In this document: positions 9,546 to 18,988 of the stretch, in pieces
Layout of the letters: each line of letters opens with the position of its first letter
Numbering within the stretch: position 1 is the first letter of the stretch
NCBI GenBank assembly: GCA_038869735.1
Contig: JAWCQO010000003.1
Span: 22,353-86,352 of the forward strand
DNA: 64,000 bases
Reading direction: 5' to 3'
From: Candidatus Anstonellales archaeon
GTDB lineage: Archaea > Micrarchaeota > Micrarchaeia > Anstonellales > CG1-02-47-40
Position numbers and translations under genes: made by a program
The notes under the pieces: model-generated
Databases searched by the model: none
What the model saw: only the letters and a program-made list of their open reading frames with translations
What the model was told of the DNA's origin: nothing

Positions 9546-10094
9546 ATGTCAAAACATTTCTCTCTCTCTTATCTCAAGCCGAACTCAGTTACTCTTTTTA
9601 TTGTTCCTGCAAGCAGGTACATAAATATAAACAATAAAATTTTGAAGCACTTCATAAATAAGCTTAAGTTTTTCTGCATTTACGTATCTGTCAGTAGGTC
9701 TGCGGTTGAAATAGAAAAAATACTCAAAAAAGCAAGTATCCAGACAAAGAATATCTTTTACATAGACGCAATCTCACGCTCGCCAATAGGAATTCAGCGA
9801 ATAGGCAATGCCATATTGTTAGAAAACCCTAAAGATTTAACACATATAAGCATAGCACTCTCAAAAGCGGTCTCCTCCTCTCCCGGAAACAAAAGAACAC
9901 TTATTTTTGTAGACAGCCTCTCAACTCTAGTTATATATAACGGCATCGATACTGTTACTAAATTTATGCATTATCTAATAAATCAATCAAAAAGGTGGGG
10001 GGTATCAGGAGCCTTCATATCTGTAGAAGAAGAAGCTAATACTGCGCTTCTCTCAAAACTTGAAAATCTCGTTGATCATTACATTAAGGTCTGA
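9546..10094 (+). CDS. Degenerate KaiC/RecA-like domain (DUF835/DUF7504-like), no Walker A
   Basis: CIYVSVSRS, IFYIDAIS, IFVDSLSTL.IYN, D..I.V C-terminus; P-loop position reads IVPASRY. Confidence 0.7.
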   Translation: MSKHFSLSYLKPNSVTLFIVPASRYININNKILKHFINKLKFFCIYVSVSRSAVEIEKILKKASIQTKNIFYIDAISRSPIGIQRIGNAILLENPKDLTHISIALSKAVSSSPGNKRTLIFVDSLSTLVIYNGIDTVTKFMHYLINQSKRWGVSGAFISVEEEANTALLSKLENLVDHYIKV

Positions 10095-10111
10095 CTACTT
10101 TTCGAGTTCAC

Positions 10112-10897
10112 TTAAAAAACTTCTGCATCAGGATAAATCTCTATCCCCTTTTCTGTTATCTCCATTGGGATAAGTCTAATCTCGTGTTTGCTTTCAGTCA
10201 TCTTTCTTACAAATATTGTTCTTACAAATGTTCCGCTTTCCTTCTTTTCGGTGAGGCTAAAGACGATCACTCCATCAGCTACAAACTCTTCAAAGCCTGT
10301 TGAAGAAAACCCATGGGCGCCTTCTTTTATATCCGTAATTGCAAGCAAGGTTATCTTAAGCGATTTTATCTGTCGCCTTATATCTGAAAGGGCTTTTCGA
10401 ATATCATAAACATTTTCAAAGTAAGCTGTAATTAGACTAAAAGGATCGATAACAATCCGTTTTACCCCATAACGCTCAGTATGGTCCTCTATTATCTCTT
10501 TTAGCACATCGAATCTATAAACTTCAGGTTTGACAACAACAAGTTTGTTTTCTTGGATGAGTCGAGAGGCAGCCTTGCAAATTCTTTTTGCCTTGTTTAT
10601 AATTTCTATTGGTTCATCTTCTAACGTGATATATAATCCAGGCTCACCCTTTGTCGCCCCCCAGCAAAGGAACTGCAAGGCAAAGGTCGATTTTCCAGTT
10701 CCGCAAGTCCCAGACAAGAGTGTGAGGCTTGAAGCCGGGATTCCGCCACCGACAATTCTATCAAACTCAGGAATGCCAGACTCAATTCTACTTGTATCCT
10801 TGACCAATATTCTAAAATTACCTCTCCTATCTATTCTCTTAAGTCTCTTTTCTTTACCACCAATCCTTTTTCTATTCCTCGTTGATGCCATAAACAA
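10112..10897 (-). CDS. KaiC/GvpD/RAD55-family ATPase
   Basis: SGIPEFDRIVGGGIP, Walker A GTCGTGKS, YITLED, RIVIDP, EEFVADGVI, VRKM. Confidence 0.92.
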   Translation of the reverse strand: MFMASTRNRKRIGGKEKRLKRIDRRGNFRILVKDTSRIESGIPEFDRIVGGGIPASSLTLLSGTCGTGKSTFALQFLCWGATKGEPGLYITLEDEPIEIINKAKRICKAASRLIQENKLVVVKPEVYRFDVLKEIIEDHTERYGVKRIVIDPFSLITAYFENVYDIRKALSDIRRQIKSLKITLLAITDIKEGAHGFSSTGFEEFVADGVIVFSLTEKKESGTFVRTIFVRKMTESKHEIRLIPMEITEKGIEIYPDAEVF

Positions 10898-11127
10898 ATA
10901 ATTCTTCTGAAAAGCTTATAAAGTAAAAAGAATGGCCATTTTATTGTCTGGACGTGCAGGAGGGAGAAGCAAGGCAAACCAGTTCATCAAATTCGAGGCA
11001 GTCGAAGAATTGCTCAAAATCATCCATCTGTTGTGCACTTCAAACCCCTTCCTGCTTTTCTCCTTCCGCGCAAGGGCATTATTTGTGTTCGCGCCAAATT
11101 TGGTTAGTGCTTAGTACGTGGGTAAAG

Positions 11128-11245
11128 TGCAGGAGGAGGGATTTGAACCCACGAAGGCCTAAGCCACGGGATTTCAAATTAAACTGTTTTTGTTACAGCA
11201 TTAATCTTAAGTCCCGCCCATTTGACCAGGCTCTGGTACTCCTGC
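11128..11245 (-). tRNA. trnL: tRNA-Leu(TAA) with 33-nt intron at 37/38 (intron 11173-11205); CCA not encoded
   Basis: Acceptor GCAGGAG/CTCCTGC + A73, D-loop AGCCTGGTCAAA, anticodon arm CGGGA-CTTAAGA-TCCCG after intron removal, long variable arm, GGTTCAAATCCC T-arm. Confidence 0.95.
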
Positions 11246-11268
11246 AGAAATAATTTTTGTAAAAAGAT

Positions 11269-11282
11269 GTTTATAGATTTTT
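11269..11282 (-). promoter_or_regulatory. BRE/TATA promoter of tRNA-Leu
   Basis: AAAAAT-CTATAAAC on minus strand, 24-37 nt upstream of G1. Confidence 0.55.
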
Positions 11283-11339
11283 ATATTGGTGTCTTTAGCG
11301 CTTTCAAATCAACTTCTCATAACTCAACCATTCGTTAGT

Positions 11340-12092
11340 CTAACCATACATACTTCCTATGCCGTAATCCTTTCCCTCAGCTTCTTTATATTTATTATGA
11401 ACTGATTTTGCTTTTTCTATTAATTCCTTCATCTTGTCTTGGATTTCGGTAGCTTCTCTCTCCAATTCCGAGGTATCTACATTTATCCCGACAAGTTTAT
11501 TTAATGCTTCGATAACCATTGCAGCACCCTTGGGATCCATAAATTCAGCGTGAGCTTCTGCAAGTAGAGAACTTACGGGATATCCAAGGCCAGCTCCGAT
11601 TGAGAGGAGAACGGCAGCAACGCCTGTAGTCGCACCTTCCTTTATAACAGACACCCCTTTTATCTGCGATAATCTTTTTACAAGTGAAGGTGTGCTTGCA
11701 ATTGCATAAACAGTATCCTGTTCTCCTTTTATTGTAATTCCACCAAGTGAAATAATCTCCCTTGCCTTCTTCTCTTTTGCGTACTCAAAGATTACCTCTG
11801 CTAGGTTTCTTACTTTTATCATAGGAATTACAAATTCCGAGAGTATTACAATAATTCTTTTACTAGGCGAAGCATAGACCCTTGCAGGGTGCATTGGCAA
11901 ATAATTGTGCACTGCCGCCAAAGGTGGAAATGCGCGGCTTGTTACATACCCTACTTGTTCCATCTTGAGCTTCTCAACAAGATACGATGCGGCAACTGTT
12001 CCAACCAAACCTATTCCCGGAAATCCTTCGACTATAATAGAGTTTTTTATAGAATACTTTTTCGTTTCAACTATCTTTACGTCATCTATCAT
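11340..12092 (-). CDS. PAC2-family proteasome assembly chaperone
   Basis: IIVEGFPGIGLVGTVAASYL, P.R.Y, IISLGG, PDP-like MDPKGAA, VD..ELE.EA, acidic ..MYG tail. Confidence 0.9.
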   Translation of the reverse strand: MIDDVKIVETKKYSIKNSIIVEGFPGIGLVGTVAASYLVEKLKMEQVGYVTSRAFPPLAAVHNYLPMHPARVYASPSKRIIVILSEFVIPMIKVRNLAEVIFEYAKEKKAREIISLGGITIKGEQDTVYAIASTPSLVKRLSQIKGVSVIKEGATTGVAAVLLSIGAGLGYPVSSLLAEAHAEFMDPKGAAMVIEALNKLVGINVDTSELEREATEIQDKMKELIEKAKSVHNKYKEAEGKDYGIGSMYG

Positions 12093-12115
12093 ACAATGAA
12101 TTATCTGAGTAAAAA

Positions 12116-13825
12116 TTAAAAACCTACTTTAAGTGGATTTGCGTCCATGGCAAAAGAGAACAAGAAAAGAGAGGAAGCAGCCATCAGCAAAAAATATGGA
12201 AAAAATTTGGATTTGTCCCCTTCAATATGTCCAACCATAAGAGATGAGAAGAGACAGCATATTACTAAATAAATGCGATTTGCCAGAGGAAGAGCATTTT
12301 TTATTTCAGCCCCACCCAAACTACTCTCTCTCCCCAAGAAGTTCGTTTTCCCAATATCAAGCGAGTTTGCCATAGACAACACACTTCCAAGAATAAGGGG
12401 CACTAAAACTCCTCCCCCAATAATAATAGTGTATTTTTGAACAGCCAGGAGACTGGCTCTTTCTCTTAGCAGAGAGAGAAACAAAAAGACATTCTCTGCA
12501 CCCTCACGCAAAGCTCTTCGAACTTCACCACCGCTTTTGTACCCGTGTAACATAAGAAAGTTTACTCTTTCAAGAAGCTTGGAGCTGTTTCTTTCAGCCA
12601 TGTCTGAAAGAGCAGAAGATACGCTCATCCCAGCCCTTATCTGATTGCTTGCTGCAGAAAATTCCTTTGAAAGTTCTCCATAGCCTCCTTGGGCAATAGC
12701 CTCAATTATTTTTTCTTCTTTTGCAATATTCTGAAGAGACGCCGCATGAAATAGCGCGTCAGGTATAGCGTTTTCAATTTCCTGGTTTCGCCTGCTTTCG
12801 ACATATTCAAAAATCCAATAAGCGCAGATTGGAAAAATAATTAAAAGACAACCCAGATAAAGAAGAGGAGCCCAAAAAATTCCACTTATGAGCAGCAAAA
12901 CACCTATAACGATAGACGCAGCAGCTGCCATAAATGCAACCTGAGGCTCTACTCTCATCCTTTTCAAGTATCCTCTAATATCAAACTTCTTAGTTCCTGT
13001 CTTGGCGGGGGGCATCATCTTCCATACTAAAATAAGAACCAAGAGGTTAATCAAAGGAAATACTATCAAAAAACCAATCCATAACTGATAAAGCGAAATA
13101 TCAAACTGAGGCAAGGAGGAAAAAACAACTAACATTACCTGAAAAAAAGCCGGTAACAAGGCAGATACTGCTATAAAAAAAAGTCCAACGAAAGATAATC
13201 TTGAAGAATACTCCCTATTCCTTGTTTTCTGGATATCCACAAGGTCATCTGCAAGCCTACGTAAATTTTCACCCTTCGTCCCATACTCATATGCGGAGAC
13301 AAGCAAATTTACTGCCCTGAGTACATGGCGAGAGTCTACTCTAGTTGCAATGTTGGATATTGCAGAAATTGCAGATGAACCCCCTCTTATCTCCCCCATG
13401 GCACGTCTAAACTCCTCTGATACCGCATACTTCCCTTCTGAAATTTTTTCTAATGCCTTCTCAAACGGCATCCCCAAATCAATAAAAAGTGCAATCTCCC
13501 TTAGCACAAACGCAAGCTCAGATTCAATTACCTCCGCCCTTTTTTTTGCAAGCACCGCTGGAAAATGCAGACATCCATAAAGCGCAATTCCAAAGAAAAC
13601 AAGAACACTTCCAACTACAAAAATAATCTCTCCTGTAATTGTAATCGCAATCAAAAAAACAAAAATCAAAACAAGAATTGAGAACAGAACAGAGAATAAA
13701 AGATATCTCCTAACATTTATTCCAATTGCGGACTTTTTAAGAAGTGCGCTAATCCTTGCCTCTGTTTTCTGGGAAAATATCCCGAGTTCAGGCAGAAAGT
13801 TACCTACAGTTTCAATCAAACCCAA
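12116..13825 (-). CDS. Double-domain TadC/T2SS-F membrane platform protein
   Basis: Two T2SS-F-like units (IESELAFVLRE..G.PFEKAL and IENAIPDALF..YGELSKEF) joined by TM helices. Confidence 0.88.
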   Translation of the reverse strand: MGLIETVGNFLPELGIFSQKTEARISALLKKSAIGINVRRYLLFSVLFSILVLIFVFLIAITITGEIIFVVGSVLVFFGIALYGCLHFPAVLAKKRAEVIESELAFVLREIALFIDLGMPFEKALEKISEGKYAVSEEFRRAMGEIRGGSSAISAISNIATRVDSRHVLRAVNLLVSAYEYGTKGENLRRLADDLVDIQKTRNREYSSRLSFVGLFFIAVSALLPAFFQVMLVVFSSLPQFDISLYQLWIGFLIVFPLINLLVLILVWKMMPPAKTGTKKFDIRGYLKRMRVEPQVAFMAAAASIVIGVLLLISGIFWAPLLYLGCLLIIFPICAYWIFEYVESRRNQEIENAIPDALFHAASLQNIAKEEKIIEAIAQGGYGELSKEFSAASNQIRAGMSVSSALSDMAERNSSKLLERVNFLMLHGYKSGGEVRRALREGAENVFLFLSLLRERASLLAVQKYTIIIGGGVLVPLILGSVLSMANSLDIGKTNFLGRESSLGGAEIKNALPLANRIYLVICCLFSSLMVGHIEGDKSKFFPYFLLMAASSLFLFSFAMDANPLKVGF

Positions 13826-13827
13826 TA

Positions 13828-15243
13828 TTAGTCATCCCCATAAGTGAATTTTTGAATTAGTGCGAAGCTTTCTTCATAAGTTGGTTTTCTTCTTGCAAGT
13901 TTTCTGATAAATTCCTCTCTTCTACTAATCTCAGACAAAACTTCGTTCTTACTTATTCCTAAAAATGACGCTATCCTGTTAAATGTAGTAGAATTTAGAT
14001 ACTGTGGAATTAAACAATCCTTCTTTTCATCATATTGAAATAACATCTTAACCCCAATCTCCCCCTCTTTTTTTACTTCTGCAATCTCAGTTATCCTTCT
14101 TTTTTCACCGACCCTCTTTGTTTTTGCATCATAAAAAGAAATTCTCCTCTGGCATATAGTAAGGTCAAGGGATCTACAGTCCATATCCGAGACACCCAAA
14201 TTCTTCATCCTCTGGATGGCTTCCTGGGAACTTTGGGCGTGCATAGTCGCATAACTCCCTTTTGCTTGTCCGGAAAGCATTGTCTCAACTAGTCCGCTCA
14301 CTTCCTCACGGGTTCTTACTTCTCCAACAATAACCCTATCTGGTCTCATGCGCAAGCTGTCCCAAACCATCTCCTTTATTCCGATTCCAAGTTCCTCGTT
14401 TGCAATCATTCTTACAAAATGAGGTTGTAATACCCTAATCTCAGGAGTATCCTCAAATGCAACAACTCTTTCATTTTTTGGTACAAATGAAAAAAGCGCA
14501 TTTAGAGTAGTAGTTTTTCCGCTGGCGGTATTGCCGCACACAAGCATTCTCAAGTCAAACTGCATTGCACACCAGAGAAATGATAACGCTTCAAAAGTCA
14601 GTGTTCCATTGAGCGCAAGCTCCCAGGGAGCAAACGGTGAGCTCGAAAACTTTCGTATTGTAAGCTCCCCTTGAGAAAGGGGCGGGATGCTTGCATGAAT
14701 TCTCGAGCCTCCTGGAAGAATAGCGTTTAATTTTGGTTTTTGGTACGTTACTCTTCTTCCCATTTCACGACCCATCTTATTTATGACTTCAATCAACAAT
14801 TCCTCGTCGCTGAAAACTAGATTCGTTCTTTTCCACCCCGAATTTCTAAGATAGATATAAACAGGCTTTCCAAGACCAATAACTGATACCTCCTCAACAT
14901 CACTGTCAGATATAGGACATTCGAGCCCGCAAAATCCGCTTATATGAGAAAGGCATGCCTCCAGAATATCCCTATACTGGTCTTCTCCAAGCTCTATCTG
15001 ATTCTCGCGGCAATTTTGTTCTATAATCTCTCCAATAGCCCTCTCAATCTCCTCTTTCTCAATCGTTTCGTGTTCTCGTGAATATTCCGAAAATTTTGTG
15101 ATTATCTCTTTTGCAAACTCTCTTTCCTCATTAGAAAGTGGAGGTAAGGGAATTTGATACTCTGCCTTTACGGGTAATATCCGCCAGCCAATGTCTGTTG
15201 TTTTTTGTTCTCCCACTAAACTACCGATATTTTCTCTCCACAT
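13828..15243 (-). CDS. Second type IV pilus ATPase (CpaF/VirB11 family)
   Basis: Walker A GNTASGKTT, EDTPE, RPDRVIVGEVR; His box reads SGQ..TMHA. Confidence 0.92.
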   Translation of the reverse strand: MWRENIGSLVGEQKTTDIGWRILPVKAEYQIPLPPLSNEEREFAKEIITKFSEYSREHETIEKEEIERAIGEIIEQNCRENQIELGEDQYRDILEACLSHISGFCGLECPISDSDVEEVSVIGLGKPVYIYLRNSGWKRTNLVFSDEELLIEVINKMGREMGRRVTYQKPKLNAILPGGSRIHASIPPLSQGELTIRKFSSSPFAPWELALNGTLTFEALSFLWCAMQFDLRMLVCGNTASGKTTTLNALFSFVPKNERVVAFEDTPEIRVLQPHFVRMIANEELGIGIKEMVWDSLRMRPDRVIVGEVRTREEVSGLVETMLSGQAKGSYATMHAQSSQEAIQRMKNLGVSDMDCRSLDLTICQRRISFYDAKTKRVGEKRRITEIAEVKKEGEIGVKMLFQYDEKKDCLIPQYLNSTTFNRIASFLGISKNEVLSEISRREEFIRKLARRKPTYEESFALIQKFTYGDD

Positions 15244-15569
15244 TTTATTTTAAATTTTCTTGCAAAACCCGCAGGCATTTCAAGCAGAAATCGACACTTT
15301 CTCCGAGGTCTTATATAAAGAGTAAATGGCTTGACCGACTGAAAAACATCCACCACAACGTAATTAGCATCTAGAAATACTGCGTCAAATGAAAAAAATA
15401 CAAAAAGCGAATGTATAGCCCAACGCTTATCTTCTTCAAACTCAAACAGGATAGGGGCTGCTTTTTTTCTGAACATCAATCCTAACACTTTACTAATGGA
15501 ACTTGCAGCGACTTCAGCGTTCTTTGCTATTGTCTGTCTTCCCTTCTTTATTTTAACCATGAGGTACAT
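15216..15569 (-). CDS. DUF192-family protein
   Basis: VA.S..SK..GLMFR, IH..FVFF..D.VFLD, LE.PAG motifs. Confidence 0.85.
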   Translation of the reverse strand: MYLMVKIKKGRQTIAKNAEVAASSISKVLGLMFRKKAAPILFEFEEDKRWAIHSLFVFFSFDAVFLDANYVVVDVFQSVKPFTLYIRPRRKCRFLLEMPAGFARKFKIKCGEKISVV

Positions 15570-15577
15570 TCACGTCT

Positions 15578-16255
15578 TTATTTTCCAAATCTCCTCTTTC
15601 TTTTCGAATACTCTAGGAGTGCCTTCTTAAACTCTCGTTTATCAAATTCCGGCCATAATTTTTTTGAAAAATAAAATTCCGAGTATGCTGATTGATATGG
15701 CATAAATCCAGAAGTTCTTATCTCTCCAGAAGTTCTTATAATTAAATCGGGGTCAGGTAAGTCATTTGTATAAAGAAGCTTCTGAAAGCTTTTTTCATTT
15801 ACTCGGATCCCCAATTCAACCGCCTTATTAACCGCATCCACAATCTCTTGTCTGCCCCCATACCCAAAAAATAGATTCAGGAAATATTTTTTGTTTTTTG
15901 AAGTCCTCTGCTCTATCTCAGCCATCTTCTTTTGAATACTCTGCGGAAAAATCTCCCTTCTTCCATAGAATCTTACCCTTATTTTGTATTTTGAATAGTC
16001 TTTCTCCTTTTCCCCTTCTTTGAGCTTTTCTTCGAATAACCTAAAGAGATAATTCACCTCCTCTTTGCTTCTTGTAATGTTTTCAGTTGAGAATCCCCAA
16101 AGAGAGACCATCTTAACTCCCAATTCCCTGCACCACTCGAGGGTTTTTTTCATATTTTCTATTCCCTTTTTGTGACCTTCAAGCGTTGGCAGACCATTTT
16201 TTCTTGCCCACCTGCGGTTTCCGTCAGGAATTATTGCAACGTGGTATGGTTTCAT
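15578..16255 (-). CDS. uppS: cis-prenyltransferase (polyprenyl/undecaprenyl diphosphate synthase)
   Basis: HVAIIPDGNRRWA, FSTEN, YGGRQEI, PDPDLIIRTSGE.R.SGF, RRFG. Confidence 0.96.
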   Translation of the reverse strand: MKPYHVAIIPDGNRRWARKNGLPTLEGHKKGIENMKKTLEWCRELGVKMVSLWGFSTENITRSKEEVNYLFRLFEEKLKEGEKEKDYSKYKIRVRFYGRREIFPQSIQKKMAEIEQRTSKNKKYFLNLFFGYGGRQEIVDAVNKAVELGIRVNEKSFQKLLYTNDLPDPDLIIRTSGEIRTSGFMPYQSAYSEFYFSKKLWPEFDKREFKKALLEYSKRKRRFGK

Positions 16256-16264
16256 AAAAACAAC

Positions 16265-17344
16265 TCAACCGAAAGCAATCATCTTGATATAATCAATTAG
16301 CTTTTCTTTTTCAATCATTTTGGTTGGCATATCCATATGCCCATGCTTTTCCAAAAAGCGGTCTGTTTTTAATCCCTTTACAATTCTGAAGCCCATTTCA
16401 AGTGCACCATCCCCAATATTGTTGAGAAAGCAACGCACAATATTGTGGATAGCGAGGTCAGCTTCATATCTTTTTCGCCATTCAGCCTCATATAATTTAG
16501 GCTTCTCCACACATCTTCCAGCTATTTTTCCACACAGGCAACCAAAAACAATCCCCCCTCCAGTACTTGCCTTTACTTGGCCAGCAGCATCTCCAACTAG
16601 CATCACGTTTCTGCCTTCAAATGTACCTGAAGTTTTTTTCCTAACCTCAAGAGGAATGAGCGCTGACGACGTATTCCTCCTCTTCATGTCCTTAACCCCA
16701 AGTTTGCTTATGAATCTATCAAAAAATTTCTTGCTGTTATTTGGAAGACCAACTCCAACCCCTATTCTTGAATAGCCGTCACATGCTGGCACGACCCAAC
16801 CAAAAAATCCTGGAAAGTCCTTTTGAGATAAGTACACATATACTCTGTCTTTTTCGGGTGCGAAATCAACCTCTTGCTGATAAGTGTTCACAAAACGCCT
16901 TATTCTCGGAAAACGAAAATAATCTGCCACAAATGAATTCGGCCCATCAGCTCCCACAATCTCTCTTTTTGATGCAATATCACTTTTAGAGACTCTTTTT
17001 CCGTAGATAATTTTTACTCCCTCTTTCTCTGCCCTTTCGGCACATAAAACATCAAAATGCGCTCTGTCAATTACATATGCTGCTGTACTTTTACACTTTA
17101 TTGCAATCTCTTCTTTTCCTGCAAAGATGCGAGCCCCGCTTATCTGAGAGAGAACACACTTTCTGTAATCTATAAACTCTGAAAGCTCGTCCAAACCTGT
17201 CTTTGAAACAAGACCGGTGCAATTAACGGGATTTCCTATTTGTCTATGCTCTTCATAAACTACTACATCATGTCCACTCATCGCTGCCGAAATTGCGCAA
17301 AAAAGCCCTGCAGGCCCTCCCCCCACGACGTCCAGTTTTGCCAT
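16265..17344 (-). CDS. Geranylgeranyl reductase family FAD oxidoreductase
   Basis: VVGGGPAG, C.G.VS, IDRAHFD, GADG, FFGWV.P, LVGDAAGQVK..TGGGI. Confidence 0.88.
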   Translation of the reverse strand: MAKLDVVGGGPAGLFCAISAAMSGHDVVVYEEHRQIGNPVNCTGLVSKTGLDELSEFIDYRKCVLSQISGARIFAGKEEIAIKCKSTAAYVIDRAHFDVLCAERAEKEGVKIIYGKRVSKSDIASKREIVGADGPNSFVADYFRFPRIRRFVNTYQQEVDFAPEKDRVYVYLSQKDFPGFFGWVVPACDGYSRIGVGVGLPNNSKKFFDRFISKLGVKDMKRRNTSSALIPLEVRKKTSGTFEGRNVMLVGDAAGQVKASTGGGIVFGCLCGKIAGRCVEKPKLYEAEWRKRYEADLAIHNIVRCFLNNIGDGALEMGFRIVKGLKTDRFLEKHGHMDMPTKMIEKEKLIDYIKMIAFG

Positions 17345-17407
17345 GTCCTAGCTAAGTAGCATTTAAAGTTAAAAAACAATACAATAACAATAAAACCGTT
17401 TGATTGT

Positions 17408-18934
17408 ATGCTTCAGAGAGAAAGTGCAAGAAGTGTGATTTTAATACTGCTCTTTTCATTACTTATCCGACTTGCTCTCTTTCTCATTGTTCCTATAACT
17501 GGCGACGCTGTCTTTCACTATAATTTTACCAAATTCATTGCTTCAAATCTTTATATCCCTTCATTTGAGATTGAAGTCGGAGCAGGTGCACTCCCTTATT
17601 TCCATCCGCCTCTACACCACTTGCTCGGTGTTCCGCTTTACTGGATAGACCCTAAACTACCATTTCTTGCACCCCTCGTCTATGGGGTAATCGGCCTATT
17701 CTTTGGCTATAGGTTACTAACATTACTTTTTGGCAAGGAGATTGCGTTCTACTCGCTTATTTCTGCTGCTATCCTCCCACCGCTTCTCTATTACTCAGCC
17801 ATAAATTATACTGATTCGCTTATGTTTTTGACGATAACAGGAGCTCTTTATTTTTACTTCAAATATTCTAAAGAACACCTAAAAAGACACTTCATCTATT
17901 CAATAATATTCTCAGCTTTCTCACTCTTAACCCATTATCATGGCATCGCAGTACCATTAGGTATTGCCTTTCACTCTATTTTTTCAAGGAAAAACAAAAC
18001 AGACGCAATTCTATCCCTAGTCGTCCCTCTTCTCCTCTCTTCCCCATGGTATGTCCGCAACTATCTTCTCTATGGTAACCCAGTTTTCCCAGTATTTGAT
18101 TTAGGTTTTTATCCAGGAGCACAATATGATGTTCCAACTTTTTTTGACTCCACAACGCGCCTTATTTCTCCTATCTTTTGGTTAAACATGCTTCTTGAAT
18201 TTATGATTGGTGCTCCTAATTCTGGAGATTCTTATTCTTATATCTCACAAAACCAATCAGTATCTCCCCTTTTGCCCGCCCCCTTTGTTCCGGCTGCACT
18301 TGTTTTTTGGTTACTAGCTTGGGGGTACGTCCTATTAATAATGCTTTATGGCCTCCATTCTCTTCTTTCAAAAGAAAAACATCTAGCAACATTATTTATC
18401 TTTCTTTTTTTACTTTCTCTATTTTTTTCTATTCAGACCCCATATCCTCGAATGTTTTTTTCTACTTTTCCATTTCTAATCGCTGGAGCAGGATTCGGAA
18501 TAAATCATCTTTTGGTCCGCTTTAAGATAAAAGCATTAATCAGTCTTGTAATTGCAGGGCTTTTAATTGTCGCCGTTCCATTTGCCTATGCGGTTACTTA
18601 CAAGAAACTTTTTGAAAAACACCTCGAGTATTATTCCCTTATCAAAGAAAAAATCCCAAAAGATTCAATTATCCTTTCGACCTCTCCAGAAAGAATAATC
18701 TTCTATTCTGGAATACTCTCAAACTATTTTGGTAATGTAAAAGGGCGAATCCCAGCTGACATTCTCTACTCCAAAAACTATCCTGCACTAAAAGAGTACA
18801 ACATAACTCACATATGCGAGACTACTCTTCTTCACCTAAGTCCAGTTGAAAAGGAATTTTTTGATAGCATAGAACAAGAGCCACTCTTCATATACAAGAG
18901 CAATGGATACTTCGGCAAATGCTGGAAAATCTAG
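17408..18934 (+). CDS. GT-C fold glycosyltransferase (GT39/ArnT/PMT_2-like)
   Basis: IRL...TGDAVFH, YFHPPL, YTDSL, SPWYVRNY..YGNPVFP; ~12 TM. Confidence 0.8.
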   Translation: MLQRESARSVILILLFSLLIRLALFLIVPITGDAVFHYNFTKFIASNLYIPSFEIEVGAGALPYFHPPLHHLLGVPLYWIDPKLPFLAPLVYGVIGLFFGYRLLTLLFGKEIAFYSLISAAILPPLLYYSAINYTDSLMFLTITGALYFYFKYSKEHLKRHFIYSIIFSAFSLLTHYHGIAVPLGIAFHSIFSRKNKTDAILSLVVPLLLSSPWYVRNYLLYGNPVFPVFDLGFYPGAQYDVPTFFDSTTRLISPIFWLNMLLEFMIGAPNSGDSYSYISQNQSVSPLLPAPFVPAALVFWLLAWGYVLLIMLYGLHSLLSKEKHLATLFIFLFLLSLFFSIQTPYPRMFFSTFPFLIAGAGFGINHLLVRFKIKALISLVIAGLLIVAVPFAYAVTYKKLFEKHLEYYSLIKEKIPKDSIILSTSPERIIFYSGILSNYFGNVKGRIPADILYSKNYPALKEYNITHICETTLLHLSPVEKEFFDSIEQEPLFIYKSNGYFGKCWKI

Positions 18935-18988
18935 CACTGTCATGTTTTTTATACTTAAAGCTCAAAGTATCTCAGGAGGTTTATTCTC

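Noticed and set aside
4791-10897. Archaellum (ArlI/ArlJ/ArlH) locus
   Set aside because: No archaellin, ArlF/G or single long ArlJ; paired TadC genes and pilin motifs indicate a type IV pilus
10112-10897. Circadian clock KaiC
   Set aside because: Single domain, no kaiA/kaiB, and no Ser/Thr pair at the canonical phosphosite position (reads EEFVAD)
11167-11216. Alternative splicing giving a TGA (Ser) anticodon from the intron 3' end
   Set aside because: A73 discriminator, D-loop and acceptor stem are Leu-type, and only the 37/38 register gives two 3-nt bulges with a good outer helix
10932-11253. Short plus-strand ORFs (60 aa, 99 aa) as genes
   Set aside because: No recognisable motif or SD; the 99-aa ORF runs antisense through the tRNA
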